From: Clostridia bacterium
Lineage (GTDB): Bacteria > Bacillota > Clostridia > Monoglobales > Firm-18
DNA length: 55,046 nt
Reading direction: 5' to 3'
Assembly (NCBI GenBank): GCA_017646825.1
Contig: JAGCLT010000045.1
Coordinates: 1-55,046, forward strand
The notes beneath the pieces were generated by a model. That model was not told the DNA's origin, made no database searches, and saw only the letters and a list, made by a program, of their open reading frames with translations. Shown piece by piece: positions 29,111 through 39,015 of the stretch (position 1 is the first letter of the stretch; each line of letters begins with the position of its first letter). The position numbers were made by a program, and so were the translations under genes.

Positions 29111-29964
29111 ACGGAATTATAAATATATTAAAACCGCCCGGTATGACCTCTCACGATGTTATATACAAAGTAAGACGTATTACGGGGATTAAAAAAGTAG
29201 GACATACAGGAACTCTGGACCCTGATGCACAGGGTGTACTGCCCGTTTGCATCGGCAACGGTACAAAGTTATCCGATATGCTTACTGTTACTGACAAAAG
29301 ATACACGGCGGTTATGCGTCTTGGGGTGGTTACTGATACTCAGGACATTTCGGGAAATGTTCTTTGTGAAACAATACCGAATGTGACAAAAGATGACATA
29401 GCAGGGGTTTTACCACAGTTTACAGGTGAGATTTTTCAAATACCGCCTATGTTTTCTGCCATAAAAGTAAACGGCAAAAAGTTGTACGAATTAGGCAGAA
29501 AAGGTATCGAAATAGAAAGAGAACCACGAAAAATTACAGTATATAGTATTGAAATATTAAAAATTGACGGAAACGATGTTACACTAGATATTTCCTGTTC
29601 AAAGGGAACTTATGTAAGAACTTTGTGCCACGATATAGGTGAGAAGTTAGGCGTCGGTGCATGTATGGCAAGTCTTACAAGGACAGAAAGTGCAGGGTTT
29701 ACAATTAATGATGCTGTTACTCTTGAAACATTGGAAAAAGACGGTGCAGAAAAATACTTAATACCTGTTGAAGAAATGTTTCCCTATGATAAAATTATTG
29801 TCAGGGGTGATACTTTAAGAAAGGTCTTGAACGGAACACCCATTTCTGTTTCAAATCTTAAAGAAGATGAAGTGTATAAGGTATATGACGACAGCGGAAA
29901 GTTTCTTTGCGTATCAAAAGAACAAAAGGGCTTGTTAAAAATGGTTAAATGCTTTTTCGGTTAG
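29104..29964 (+). CDS. truB: tRNA pseudouridine55 synthase
   Basis: GIINILKPPGMTSHDV...GHTGTLDP...QIPPMFSAIK. Confidence 0.93.
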   Translation: MLNGIINILKPPGMTSHDVIYKVRRITGIKKVGHTGTLDPDAQGVLPVCIGNGTKLSDMLTVTDKRYTAVMRLGVVTDTQDISGNVLCETIPNVTKDDIAGVLPQFTGEIFQIPPMFSAIKVNGKKLYELGRKGIEIEREPRKITVYSIEILKIDGNDVTLDISCSKGTYVRTLCHDIGEKLGVGACMASLTRTESAGFTINDAVTLETLEKDGAEKYLIPVEEMFPYDKIIVRGDTLRKVLNGTPISVSNLKEDEVYKVYDDSGKFLCVSKEQKGLLKMVKCFFG

Positions 29965-29972
29965 GAGATAAT

Positions 29973-30851
29973 ATGGTTATTACAAACAATGATATTACTC
30001 TGTTAAGTAATACTGCGGTGGCGTTAGGTGCCTTTGACGGTGTTCATATTGCTCACGGAGTGCTTATAAATAACGCCGTAATGTATGCAAAAGAAAATAG
30101 AGTAAAATCCTGTGTTTTTACTTTTGACGTTAATCCCAAAGACAGTAAATTGATTACTACAAACAAAGAACGTCAGGATATTTTTGAACTTATGGGTGCG
30201 GATGTTTTGTTTTTAAAACAGTTTGACGACAGTTTGAAAAACCTTGAGCCTGCAGAGTTTCTTAATATGTATCTTAAAAACTGCAGATACATCTGTGTAG
30301 GATTTAATTTTAAATTCGGTAAAGACAGAAAAGGAAGCACAAAAGATATTGAGGAATTTTGCAAAAATAACAATATAGATTTTGATATTGTTGATGCAGT
30401 TGAATACAACGGCGAAGTTGTTAGCAGTTCATTAATCCGCGAAAATGTAGCAAAGAGTGATTTTAATACTGCCAAAGAAATGCTTGGCAGAAACTACTTT
30501 GTTACGGGTACAGTTGAAAAAGGTGACAAAATAGGGGTAACTTTAGGATTTCCTACTGCAAATATTGTGCCCGACAGCATTATTACAGGGGACGGGGTTT
30601 ATCTTACATACACAACCGTTGACGGAAAAAGATACAAGTCCGTAACCAATGTAGGAGGAAAACCCACAATAAGAGGCGGAGTTAACAGAGTGGAAACTCA
30701 TATAATCGATTACTCCGGCGATGCATACGGAAAAGAGATAAAAGTGGAATTTATAAAGAAAATAAGAGACACTATAAAATTTGAAAATACAGACAGTTTA
30801 AAAAGTCAGTTAAAAAACGACGTAAATATTGCAAAGACAGAATTATTATGA
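29973..30851 (+). CDS. ribF: Bifunctional riboflavin kinase / FMN adenylyltransferase
   Basis: ALGAFDGVHIAHG..., SSSLIR, GFPTANI and ETHIIDYSGDAYG. ATG 29973 is preceded by AGGAG; the ORF track begins at 29949. Confidence 0.9.
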   Translation: MVITNNDITLLSNTAVALGAFDGVHIAHGVLINNAVMYAKENRVKSCVFTFDVNPKDSKLITTNKERQDIFELMGADVLFLKQFDDSLKNLEPAEFLNMYLKNCRYICVGFNFKFGKDRKGSTKDIEEFCKNNNIDFDIVDAVEYNGEVVSSSLIRENVAKSDFNTAKEMLGRNYFVTGTVEKGDKIGVTLGFPTANIVPDSIITGDGVYLTYTTVDGKRYKSVTNVGGKPTIRGGVNRVETHIIDYSGDAYGKEIKVEFIKKIRDTIKFENTDSLKSQLKNDVNIAKTELL

Positions 30852-30910
30852 TAAAATTATTTAATAATGAAAATAATTAATTTTTAAATATAGACAGGAG
30901 TTGGTTAAAA

Positions 30911-33685
30911 ATGGCACAAGATTACAGCAAATCTTTAAATTTGCCAAATACTGAATTTCCTATGCGTGCAGGACTACCCAAAAAGGAACCTGAAACTTTG
31001 GAAGTATGGGAAAAATCAGACTTGTACAACAAAATGCTAAAGAAAAACGAAGGAAAACCATCATTTATTTTACATGACGGTCCTCCTTTTGCTAACGGCG
31101 ACATACACATCGGTCACGCCCTTAACAAAGTTTTAAAAGATATTATTATCAAACATAAAAGTATGACAGGCTACAATGCACCATACATTCCCGGCTGGGA
31201 TACACACGGCTTGCCTATTGAAAGACAAGCCATCAAAAAACTTGGTATTAACAGAAGTGAAGTAACTCCAGCACAGTTCAGAAAAGTTTGTAAGGAGTTT
31301 GCTGAAAAGTACATTGACAATCAGCGTACACAGTTTAAACGTCTTGGCGTTTTTGGTAAGTGGGATGTTCCTTATGTTACATTGCAACCAGAATACGAAG
31401 GTAAGCAGATTGAGACATTCTGCGCTATGGCTAAAAACGGCTACATTTACAAGGGCTTAAAACCCGTTATCTGGTGTACTGACTGCGAAACTGCTCTTGC
31501 TGAAGCAGAAATCGAGTACAAAGACGACACAACAAATTCAATTTATGTAAAATTCAAAGTAAAAGAAGACAACGGTTTGTTTGGTGATTTAAAAGACAAA
31601 GTATATTTTGTTATCTGGACAACCACCACATGGACATTGCCCGGTAACGTTGCTATTGCACTTAACGGTAACTTTGAATATTCTCTTGTTAAAGTTGAAA
31701 ATGGAGATATTTATGTTTTAGCATCAGAACTTATTGACGCGGTTCAAAAAGCAGTAGGCTTTGGTGAGTATGAAGTCGTAAAAACATTTAAGGGCAGAGA
31801 CCTTGATAAAATGGTATGTGCTCATCCGTTCCTTGACAGAGACTCACTTGTAATTAACGGCGACCACGTTACATTAGATGCAGGTACAGGTTGCGTTCAT
31901 ACTGCTCCCGGTCATGGTGCAGAGGACTATATGGCTTGTAAAAACTACGATGTTCCTATGATTGTTCCTGTTGACTCAAAAGGTGTGCTTAATGAACACG
32001 CAGGTCAGTTCTCAGGAATGTACTATAAAAAATCAAACGATGCAATTATTGAACAGTTAAAGTCAACTGAATCATTACTTGCAATCGAGCCAATAACTCA
32101 CAGTTATCCTTTCTGCTGGAGATGTGGTAACCCAATTATTTTCCGTGCTGCGGAACAATGGTTTGCATCAGTTGACGGCTTTAAGGACAAGGCTTTAGAA
32201 GCAATCAAAAATGTTAACTGGATTCCTGCATGGGGTGAAGACAGAATTTCAAGCATGGTTGCTGAAAGAAGCGACTGGTGTATTTCACGTCAGAGATTAT
32301 GGGGAGTACCTATCCCGATTTTCTACTGTGCTGACTGTAAAAAGCCAATTATTGACCCCGATGCAATTGATTACGTTGCTAAAATCTTTGGCGAAAAAGG
32401 AACAAACGCATGGTTTGAACTTGATGCAAAAGACTTGATGCCTGAGGGTTACAAGTGTTCTTGTGGTGGAACAGAATTTGTTAAAGAAACAGACACAATG
32501 GACGTTTGGTTTGACAGCGGTTCATCACACGAAGCAGTTATTAGACAACGCCCCGAACTTGACTTCCCTGCAGACTTGTATTTGGAGGGTAACGACCAGT
32601 ACAGAGGTTGGTTCCAGTCTTCACTATTAACTTCTGTTGCTAAAAACGGTGTTGCACCGTACAAAACTGTATTAACACACGGCTTTGTTATAGACGAAGA
32701 AAAGAGAAAGATGTCAAAATCTTTGGGTAACGGTCTTCCGCCAATCGAAATTATCAACGAATACGGCGCAGATATTTTAAGACTATGGGCTGCTTCTTCC
32801 GACTACAAATCAGATGTTAAAATTTCAAAAGATTTGCTAAAACAGTTGTCAGAAGTTTACAGAAAGATTAGAAATACTGCAAGATACATTTTAGGCTCTA
32901 TTTCTGACTTTAATCCTGACTGCGATATGGTAGAAAATCTTGAGGAAATTGACAGATATATCTTAATGAGACTTAATAAATTAATAGAAAAAGTAAATGC
33001 TGCATACGACAGTTACGAATTCTATTTAATTTATCACGCTATCCACAACTTCTGCGTAGTTGATTTAAGTAACTTCTATTTAGATGTAATTAAAGACAGA
33101 ACATACTGCGAGAAGAAAGATGACAAGTTAAGACGTTCATCACAGACTGCAATGTATATAATTCTTGATGCACTTGTAAGAATGATTGCACCTATTCTTT
33201 CATTTACTGCAGAAGAAATCTGGAGTTATATGCCTCATAAGAAAGAAGATGATGCAGAAAGCGTATTCTTAACAGATATGAAGAAGGCTGACGAAAGTAC
33301 TTTTGACAGCACTTTGGAAGAAAAATGGAACAAGATTTTAGACTTAAGAGATGACGTTTCAAAAGCACTTGAAATTGCAAGAGCAGAAAAATTAATCGGT
33401 CATCCTTTAGGTGCAAATGTTTTTGTATATGCAGACGACAAAAACTTTGATTTTATTAAATCAATAGAAAGTGAACTTGCTACAATCTTCATTACTTCAG
33501 GGGCAGAACTAAAATCAATAGACGAAGCACCTGAGAATGCTTACAAAGCAGAAAACCTTGCAGGAGTTAAGATTTCTGTTACTGCACCAAAAGGCGAAAA
33601 ATGTGCACGTTGCTGGATGTACAGCGAAACCGTAGGCAAGACAAAAGAAGAATTATGTGACAGATGTGCAGGTGTAGTAGAATAA
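30911..33685 (+). CDS. ileS: Isoleucine--tRNA ligase
   Basis: 924 aa. It has PPFANGDIHIGH, KMSKS and a C-terminal zinc motif CARC...CDRC. Confidence 0.97.
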   Translation: MAQDYSKSLNLPNTEFPMRAGLPKKEPETLEVWEKSDLYNKMLKKNEGKPSFILHDGPPFANGDIHIGHALNKVLKDIIIKHKSMTGYNAPYIPGWDTHGLPIERQAIKKLGINRSEVTPAQFRKVCKEFAEKYIDNQRTQFKRLGVFGKWDVPYVTLQPEYEGKQIETFCAMAKNGYIYKGLKPVIWCTDCETALAEAEIEYKDDTTNSIYVKFKVKEDNGLFGDLKDKVYFVIWTTTTWTLPGNVAIALNGNFEYSLVKVENGDIYVLASELIDAVQKAVGFGEYEVVKTFKGRDLDKMVCAHPFLDRDSLVINGDHVTLDAGTGCVHTAPGHGAEDYMACKNYDVPMIVPVDSKGVLNEHAGQFSGMYYKKSNDAIIEQLKSTESLLAIEPITHSYPFCWRCGNPIIFRAAEQWFASVDGFKDKALEAIKNVNWIPAWGEDRISSMVAERSDWCISRQRLWGVPIPIFYCADCKKPIIDPDAIDYVAKIFGEKGTNAWFELDAKDLMPEGYKCSCGGTEFVKETDTMDVWFDSGSSHEAVIRQRPELDFPADLYLEGNDQYRGWFQSSLLTSVAKNGVAPYKTVLTHGFVIDEEKRKMSKSLGNGLPPIEIINEYGADILRLWAASSDYKSDVKISKDLLKQLSEVYRKIRNTARYILGSISDFNPDCDMVENLEEIDRYILMRLNKLIEKVNAAYDSYEFYLIYHAIHNFCVVDLSNFYLDVIKDRTYCEKKDDKLRRSSQTAMYIILDALVRMIAPILSFTAEEIWSYMPHKKEDDAESVFLTDMKKADESTFDSTLEEKWNKILDLRDDVSKALEIARAEKLIGHPLGANVFVYADDKNFDFIKSIESELATIFITSGAELKSIDEAPENAYKAENLAGVKISVTAPKGEKCARCWMYSETVGKTKEELCDRCAGVVE

Positions 33686-33687
33686 TT

Positions 33688-33722
33688 TTAAAAGAGATGT
33701 GATTTTCACATCTCTTTTTTTG
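33688..33722 (+). terminator. Intrinsic terminator after ileS
   Basis: AAAGAGATGTG-ATTTT-CACATCTCTTT forms an 11-bp stem followed by a T-run (33715-33721). Confidence 0.8.
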
Positions 33723-33756
33723 TAAACTTTTACATACAAAAAATTGTTAATTTCAG

Positions 33757-33785
33757 TTGCAAACAGAAAAATTGTATGATATACT
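33757..33785 (+). promoter_or_regulatory. Sigma-A promoter for nagA
   Basis: TTGCAA (33757-33762), 17-nt spacer, extended -10 TGaTATACT (33777-33785). Confidence 0.55.
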
Positions 33786-33809
33786 GTAGAATAGAGGAGT
33801 GAGGGTAAA

Positions 33810-34952
33810 ATGAAAGCAATTATTAACGGAAAAATCATTTTAAAAGACAGAATTGCCAAAGACTGTGCTCTTTTATATTCAGATGTTATTTTAGGTATAG
33901 TGCCAAAGGACGATGTTCCTGCAGATGCTGAAATAATTGATGCAAAAGGCGGATATGTTTCTCCGGGACTTATTGATTTGCACATTCACGGTTATATGGG
34001 GAAAGACGTTTGCGACGGCGAAGAAGAAAGTATAAGAGTTATTTCAAATGCGCTTCTTAAAAACGGTGTTACAGGTTATCTTCCTACAACTATGACAGAA
34101 GATATGTCTGTAATAAAAAAAGCACTTGAAGTATTAAGAAACCTTAAAAAAGAAAGCGAATCCTGGGAGGGCAGTACCATTTTGGGTTGCCACGCTGAGG
34201 GACCATTCATAAGTGCTTCAAAAAAAGGTGCTCAGGACGAAAAATACATATTAAAGCCGGATTTCAACTTTGTTAAGGAATATTCAGATATTATCAAAAT
34301 TATAACACTTGCTCCTGAGGAAGATGTTGGTAATTTTGATGAAATAAGAAAAATGAAAAACGAGACTGATGTGGTTATTTCTATGGGACACACATCTGCT
34401 GATTATAACTGTGCTATGGAGTCAACTAAAAACGGAGTTTCTCATGCAACACATCTGTTTAATGCTATGACACCTCTTGCACACAGAGCGCCGGGTGTGG
34501 TTACAGCAGTTTTCAATTCCGATGTATCATGTGAACTTATTGTTGACACATTCCACGTTTCTACCGCACTTTATGATATGCTGTGGAAACTAAAGGGCAG
34601 AAAATTATGCTTTATTACCGACTGTTTACCTGCAGGCGGTTTGCCCTACGGCGAATATACTTTAGGCGGACAGAAAATCATTTATAGAGACATTGTATGC
34701 AGACTTGAAGATGGCACTGTTGCAGGAAGTGTGTTGCCGTTAAACCGCGGTGTATGGAACGCTTACACAAATTCACAGATTCCTCTTTGGGAATGTGTAA
34801 ACTGTGCATCACTAAATCCTGCCACAACTATTGGTATTGCGGACAAAAAGGGCTCACTTGAAGTTGGCAAAGATGCAGATATTATAATTTGTGATGATGA
34901 ATTTAATGTGTTAAATACTATTATAAAGGGAGAGGTAAAATATGAATCTTAA
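33810..34952 (+). CDS. nagA: N-acetylglucosamine-6-phosphate deacetylase
   Basis: 380 aa. Motifs are GLIDLHIHG, HAEGPF, GHTSA, THLFNAM and DADI. Confidence 0.9.
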   Translation: MKAIINGKIILKDRIAKDCALLYSDVILGIVPKDDVPADAEIIDAKGGYVSPGLIDLHIHGYMGKDVCDGEEESIRVISNALLKNGVTGYLPTTMTEDMSVIKKALEVLRNLKKESESWEGSTILGCHAEGPFISASKKGAQDEKYILKPDFNFVKEYSDIIKIITLAPEEDVGNFDEIRKMKNETDVVISMGHTSADYNCAMESTKNGVSHATHLFNAMTPLAHRAPGVVTAVFNSDVSCELIVDTFHVSTALYDMLWKLKGRKLCFITDCLPAGGLPYGEYTLGGQKIIYRDIVCRLEDGTVAGSVLPLNRGVWNAYTNSQIPLWECVNCASLNPATTIGIADKKGSLEVGKDADIIICDDEFNVLNTIIKGEVKYES

Positions 34953-36318
34953 GGTTAATGCAAAACTTGACCCCCAGTTTGCACCGTTGTCAGTTGTGTG
35001 CAGAGATATGAGGGAAGCAACAAAGGATCAGGGACAGGACATTATCATTGCAATCGAAAGAAACAAAGGTTACACAGTTACATACAAAACACGTGTTTTT
35101 GTTGACGGTACAGGACGCGACGAAGATAACTTTAAATTTATAGAAAGAATGACAAAAGCCCTTTTATGGGTTGCAGGCGGTTACAAAATTTACATTGCAG
35201 GAAGCGAAGTAATCGGTAACAAAATTAAAGATGCATTTAAAGACAAAGGCACACGTGATTTTGATGTTCACTTTATGGAAAAAGTATATGAGAAACCTTT
35301 TGAAGTAATAGTTTGCAAATTGGAAGATGCACCAAAGGACAAATCTGCCGCTGCACCTATCGGCAGACATTTAGACGGTTGCAGAATCGGTTTTGACGCA
35401 GGGGGAAGTGACAGAAAAGTAAGTGCTGTTGTTAACGGCGAGAGCGTATTTTCTGAAGAAGTTGTATGGTTTCCCAAAATTAACGAAGACCCCGACTACC
35501 ATTATCAGGGTATTTTAGATGCTATGAAAACTGCTGCATCATATATGCCGAGAGTTGACGCTATCGGCGTATCAAGTGCTGGTGTATATGTTGACAACAG
35601 AATTATGGTTGCTTCTCTTTTCTTAAAGGTTAACGAAGATGACTTTGAAAAGAAAGTTAAAAATATGTACCTTGACGTTGCAAAAGAAATCGGTGAAAAC
35701 ATCCCCGTAGAAGTTGCAAATGATGGTGACGTTACAGCCTTAGCTGGTGCTATGGACTTAAACGATAATGCAGTTTTGGGTGTTGCTATGGGTACATCTG
35801 AAGCAGGCGGATATGTTGACCCTGAGGGTAACATCACAGGCTGGCTTAATGAACTTGCATTTGTTCCTGTTGACTTCTGCGAAAACGCAATGGTTGACGA
35901 ATGGTCAGGGGATTACGGTTGCGGTGTTAAATACTTCTCACAAGACGGTGTTATTAAACTTGCGCCATTTGCAGGAATAGAACTTGACGAAAATTTGTCA
36001 CCTGCTGAAAAACTTAAGGTTGTTCAAGGTCTTATGGAAAAAGGTGACCAGAGAGCTGCAGATATTTATGACACAATCGGTGCGTACTTTGGCTACGCTA
36101 TTGCATTCTACACAGAATTCTATTATATTAAGCACGTTTTGATTATGGGACGCGTTACATCTGGTGAAGGTGGAACAATACTTCTTTCAAGAGCTCAGGA
36201 AGTTCTTGACAAAGAATTCCCTGAACTTGCAAAGAAAATTCAGCTTCATATTCCTGACGAAAGTTCAAGAAGAGTCGGACAGTCAGTTGCAGCAGCAAGT
36301 TTACCTGAAATTAAATAA
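34942..36318 (+). CDS. ASKHA/ROK-like sugar kinase with a ~150 aa N-terminal extension (putative N-acetylhexosamine kinase)
   Basis: 458 aa. It has GFDAGGSDRKV (phosphate-1), ANDGDVTALAG and GVAMGTSEAGGYV, arranged as in ROK kinases. The canonical CxCGxxGC zinc motif is not visible. Confidence 0.6.
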   Translation: MNLKVNAKLDPQFAPLSVVCRDMREATKDQGQDIIIAIERNKGYTVTYKTRVFVDGTGRDEDNFKFIERMTKALLWVAGGYKIYIAGSEVIGNKIKDAFKDKGTRDFDVHFMEKVYEKPFEVIVCKLEDAPKDKSAAAPIGRHLDGCRIGFDAGGSDRKVSAVVNGESVFSEEVVWFPKINEDPDYHYQGILDAMKTAASYMPRVDAIGVSSAGVYVDNRIMVASLFLKVNEDDFEKKVKNMYLDVAKEIGENIPVEVANDGDVTALAGAMDLNDNAVLGVAMGTSEAGGYVDPEGNITGWLNELAFVPVDFCENAMVDEWSGDYGCGVKYFSQDGVIKLAPFAGIELDENLSPAEKLKVVQGLMEKGDQRAADIYDTIGAYFGYAIAFYTEFYYIKHVLIMGRVTSGEGGTILLSRAQEVLDKEFPELAKKIQLHIPDESSRRVGQSVAAASLPEIK

Positions 36319-36323
36319 TTATG

Positions 36324-36353
36324 AAAAAAGCCCTGTTTTCAGGGCCTTTCATT
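36324..36353 (+). terminator. Weak terminator-like hairpin after the kinase gene
   Basis: GCCCTG-TTTT-CAGGGC (36330-36345) is flanked by an A-run and CTTTCATT. The T-tract is poor. Confidence 0.4.
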
Positions 36354-36380
36354 GACATTATTTGCATTAAATGGTACAAT
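36352..36380 (+). promoter_or_regulatory. Sigma-A promoter for the GH20-like gene
   Basis: TTGACA (36352-36357), 17-nt spacer, extended -10 TGgTACAAT (36372-36380). Confidence 0.6.
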
Positions 36381-36410
36381 GTTTTCAAATACAAAAAAGG
36401 TGGTTTCGTT

Positions 36411-38858
36411 ATGTTTATAGGTTCATTATTTGATGACACAATAAGCAAGAATGTCACTTACTCTTATTTTCAGAGAGGAACTGACAAGACTTTTAACCCG
36501 ACATCAACAAAAGAAGATTTGAATCTTCCTGTTTACACTAAAGAAAACGGTAATTTGTTTGCAAGAAGACCTGTTTCATGGAACGTAAACAATATGTTGT
36601 TTAATGCTGTTGACCTTAAGGTTAACGTTGGTGAAAAGGCGTTTATTGACCATATTTATTTAAAACAAGGTACAAATGACAGTATCAATCCGTCAACATC
36701 ACATATAAAATCTATTGAAGTTTTCACAATAGTTGACGGTGAATATAAAAAAATCGGTAAATTCAATCCCGAAACAGGAATTAAAGACTGCGATAAACCT
36801 GAAATTACAATTCCTGTTGGTTATTGGTGCGATAATCTTGTAGTAAGATTTAATGCTCACCTTAAAAAATTCCATTTGGATTATATTGATATTTTTGCTG
36901 CATGGGATATGGACGACTATGTATGGCCATTACCTGAAAAATGCGAATTCTTAAAAGACAGAATTCCTTTTTCAAGCATAAATTCAATAGCAGCAACAAC
37001 AGAGGACGAAATTTTTGTTGCAAATTATTTAAACGAAAAATCAGACAACGCTTTTGAAGTCAAGGCAGACGGTAAAATTAAAATTGAAATTGAAGGTGAG
37101 GGCTATGAAGACGGCTTTGTAATTTCAGTTTCAAAAGACAAAGTTTTGTTAAAGGGTAAAAACAGAAGAAGCGTACTTTATGCTGTTGATGCATTCTTGC
37201 AGTTAATAGACGGCGACTCCGTTAAATGTGTTGAAATCGACCATACTTCATTTAAACCAATGCGCGGTATCCATATGGGACTTCCAAGCAAAAACCAGTA
37301 CGAATTTTTGAAAAACCTTGTAAAAACTGTAATTGTTCCAATGCAGTACAATATGATTTTCTTGGAAATTGCAGGTTCTATGGAATATGACAAATACCCC
37401 GAAATCAATTCTACATACTTAGAGGGTATTGCGGACTGGCGTGCAGGAAAACGTACAAGACCTACTCACGCAGGTATCACAAGTTATGATGTATGGACAA
37501 AAGCAGAAGTGAGAGAATTCTGTGAATTTATGGAAAGTTACGGCATTGAAGTTATTCCTGAAGTTCAGTGTTTTGCACATGTTCAGTACATAACAAGTGC
37601 ACATCCTGAAATGGCGGAAATCCACGCCCCAGATGTTGAGCCGGATAAAGATTTCCCCGGTTTTAACATTGGTGACCCTGGTCCCGGTAAATTTGAATAT
37701 CATGCAATGTGTCCTAATCATCCAAAATATTATGAAATGATGTTCAATATAATTGACGAAGTTATTGAAGCAGTCCAGCCTAAGAGATTTATACACATGG
37801 GACACGACGAAGTATTCCCCATGGGTGTTTGCGAAAGATGTAAAAACATTCCTAAATCAGAAATTTTTACAACAGAAGTAAACAAATTAAATGCTTACAT
37901 AAAGAGCAAAGGTTACAATATGATGATTTGGGGCGACCTTATCCAGAAAGTGTTCTACAGTGCTTCAAATGCAGTTACTACTGTTGACAAGGATATTATT
38001 ATGCTTGACTTCGTGTGGTATTATAATATGGATAAAGATATTGAAGATAACTTGTTAAAGCACGGTTTCCAGGTTATGGTAGGTAACTTATATTCAAGTA
38101 CATACCCAAGATTTGAAACGAGAATAAGAAAACCTGGTATGCTTGGGGGCGAAGTGTCCTGCTGGATTGATACTTGTGAAGAATACTGGGGCTTCTACGG
38201 AAAAATCTATGACTTTATGTACACTGCTACAATACTTAACAACACAAGTTACGACCACAATTTCAGACTTACTTACAATGAACTTATTAAGCCGATAATC
38301 AAAAAAGCAAGAATTAAACTTGCAAAATTAGGCGAAATCGTAAACGAAACAAAAGTTGACATTAAAGGGGAATTTGGCAACATTCCTTATGACATAAGAG
38401 GACTTGTTGACTATGACGGAGCAGTAGTTGCTGACTACAACGACAGAGAAAAAACTGTTGCAATAAACGGCAAGGGCAGACTTATTTCTTTCGTTCACGC
38501 AACAAAAGATTTCTACAAACGTATTCCGTGGCAAGATCCTTATGCTGTCGGTGAATACGAAATTTGCTACGAAGACGGCACATCTTATGTAAAGACTTTA
38601 GGCTATGCGAAAAACATTTTCACATATCGCAGTACTTATGCTGAGCCTGTACTTGGCGTATATTCACATCAAGGATATATAGGAACATACTTTACATTCC
38701 CGGAGAACGGCAAAACCTATGACGGTGACGAATACACATTAGGAAAATATATTATTAAAAATCCTAATCCCGACAAGGTTATTAAAGAAATCAAAATTAA
38801 ACAAAACGGAGAATCAGATGCTAACATAATAGTATTTGATATTGGTTTAATTGACTAA
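36411..38858 (+). CDS. Large cytoplasmic glycoside hydrolase, GH20-like (putative beta-N-acetylhexosaminidase)
   Basis: About 815 aa from ATG 36411 (AAGGTGG upstream). The central TIM-barrel-like region has RGIHMG... and HMGHDEV, which resembles the GH20 H-x-G-x-D-E catalytic motif. No signal peptide is visible. Neighbouring nagA supports an amino-sugar role. The ORF-track start at 36321 lies inside the upstream hairpin and promoter. Confidence 0.5.
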   Translation: MFIGSLFDDTISKNVTYSYFQRGTDKTFNPTSTKEDLNLPVYTKENGNLFARRPVSWNVNNMLFNAVDLKVNVGEKAFIDHIYLKQGTNDSINPSTSHIKSIEVFTIVDGEYKKIGKFNPETGIKDCDKPEITIPVGYWCDNLVVRFNAHLKKFHLDYIDIFAAWDMDDYVWPLPEKCEFLKDRIPFSSINSIAATTEDEIFVANYLNEKSDNAFEVKADGKIKIEIEGEGYEDGFVISVSKDKVLLKGKNRRSVLYAVDAFLQLIDGDSVKCVEIDHTSFKPMRGIHMGLPSKNQYEFLKNLVKTVIVPMQYNMIFLEIAGSMEYDKYPEINSTYLEGIADWRAGKRTRPTHAGITSYDVWTKAEVREFCEFMESYGIEVIPEVQCFAHVQYITSAHPEMAEIHAPDVEPDKDFPGFNIGDPGPGKFEYHAMCPNHPKYYEMMFNIIDEVIEAVQPKRFIHMGHDEVFPMGVCERCKNIPKSEIFTTEVNKLNAYIKSKGYNMMIWGDLIQKVFYSASNAVTTVDKDIIMLDFVWYYNMDKDIEDNLLKHGFQVMVGNLYSSTYPRFETRIRKPGMLGGEVSCWIDTCEEYWGFYGKIYDFMYTATILNNTSYDHNFRLTYNELIKPIIKKARIKLAKLGEIVNETKVDIKGEFGNIPYDIRGLVDYDGAVVADYNDREKTVAINGKGRLISFVHATKDFYKRIPWQDPYAVGEYEICYEDGTSYVKTLGYAKNIFTYRSTYAEPVLGVYSHQGYIGTYFTFPENGKTYDGDEYTLGKYIIKNPNPDKVIKEIKIKQNGESDANIIVFDIGLID

Positions 38859-38963
38859 TTTTATAGGGGATGCAAAAAAAGTCCAGACCGCAAAAAGGTA
38901 GGAATAAGAATAATTCCCATAATTAAAAAGTCGATAACTTTATAAGTTTTATTTTATATGTTG

Positions 38964-38998
38964 AAAAAGGTCTTTATAAAGACCTTTTTCTTTTGTTT
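38964..38998. terminator. Bidirectional intrinsic terminator
   Basis: AAAAAGGTCTTTA/TAAAGACCTTTTT is a perfect palindrome (38964-38989) with TTTTTCTTTTGTTTT 3' and an A-run 5'. Confidence 0.7.
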
Positions 38999-39015
38999 TA
39001 CACCTTTTTGCTATA

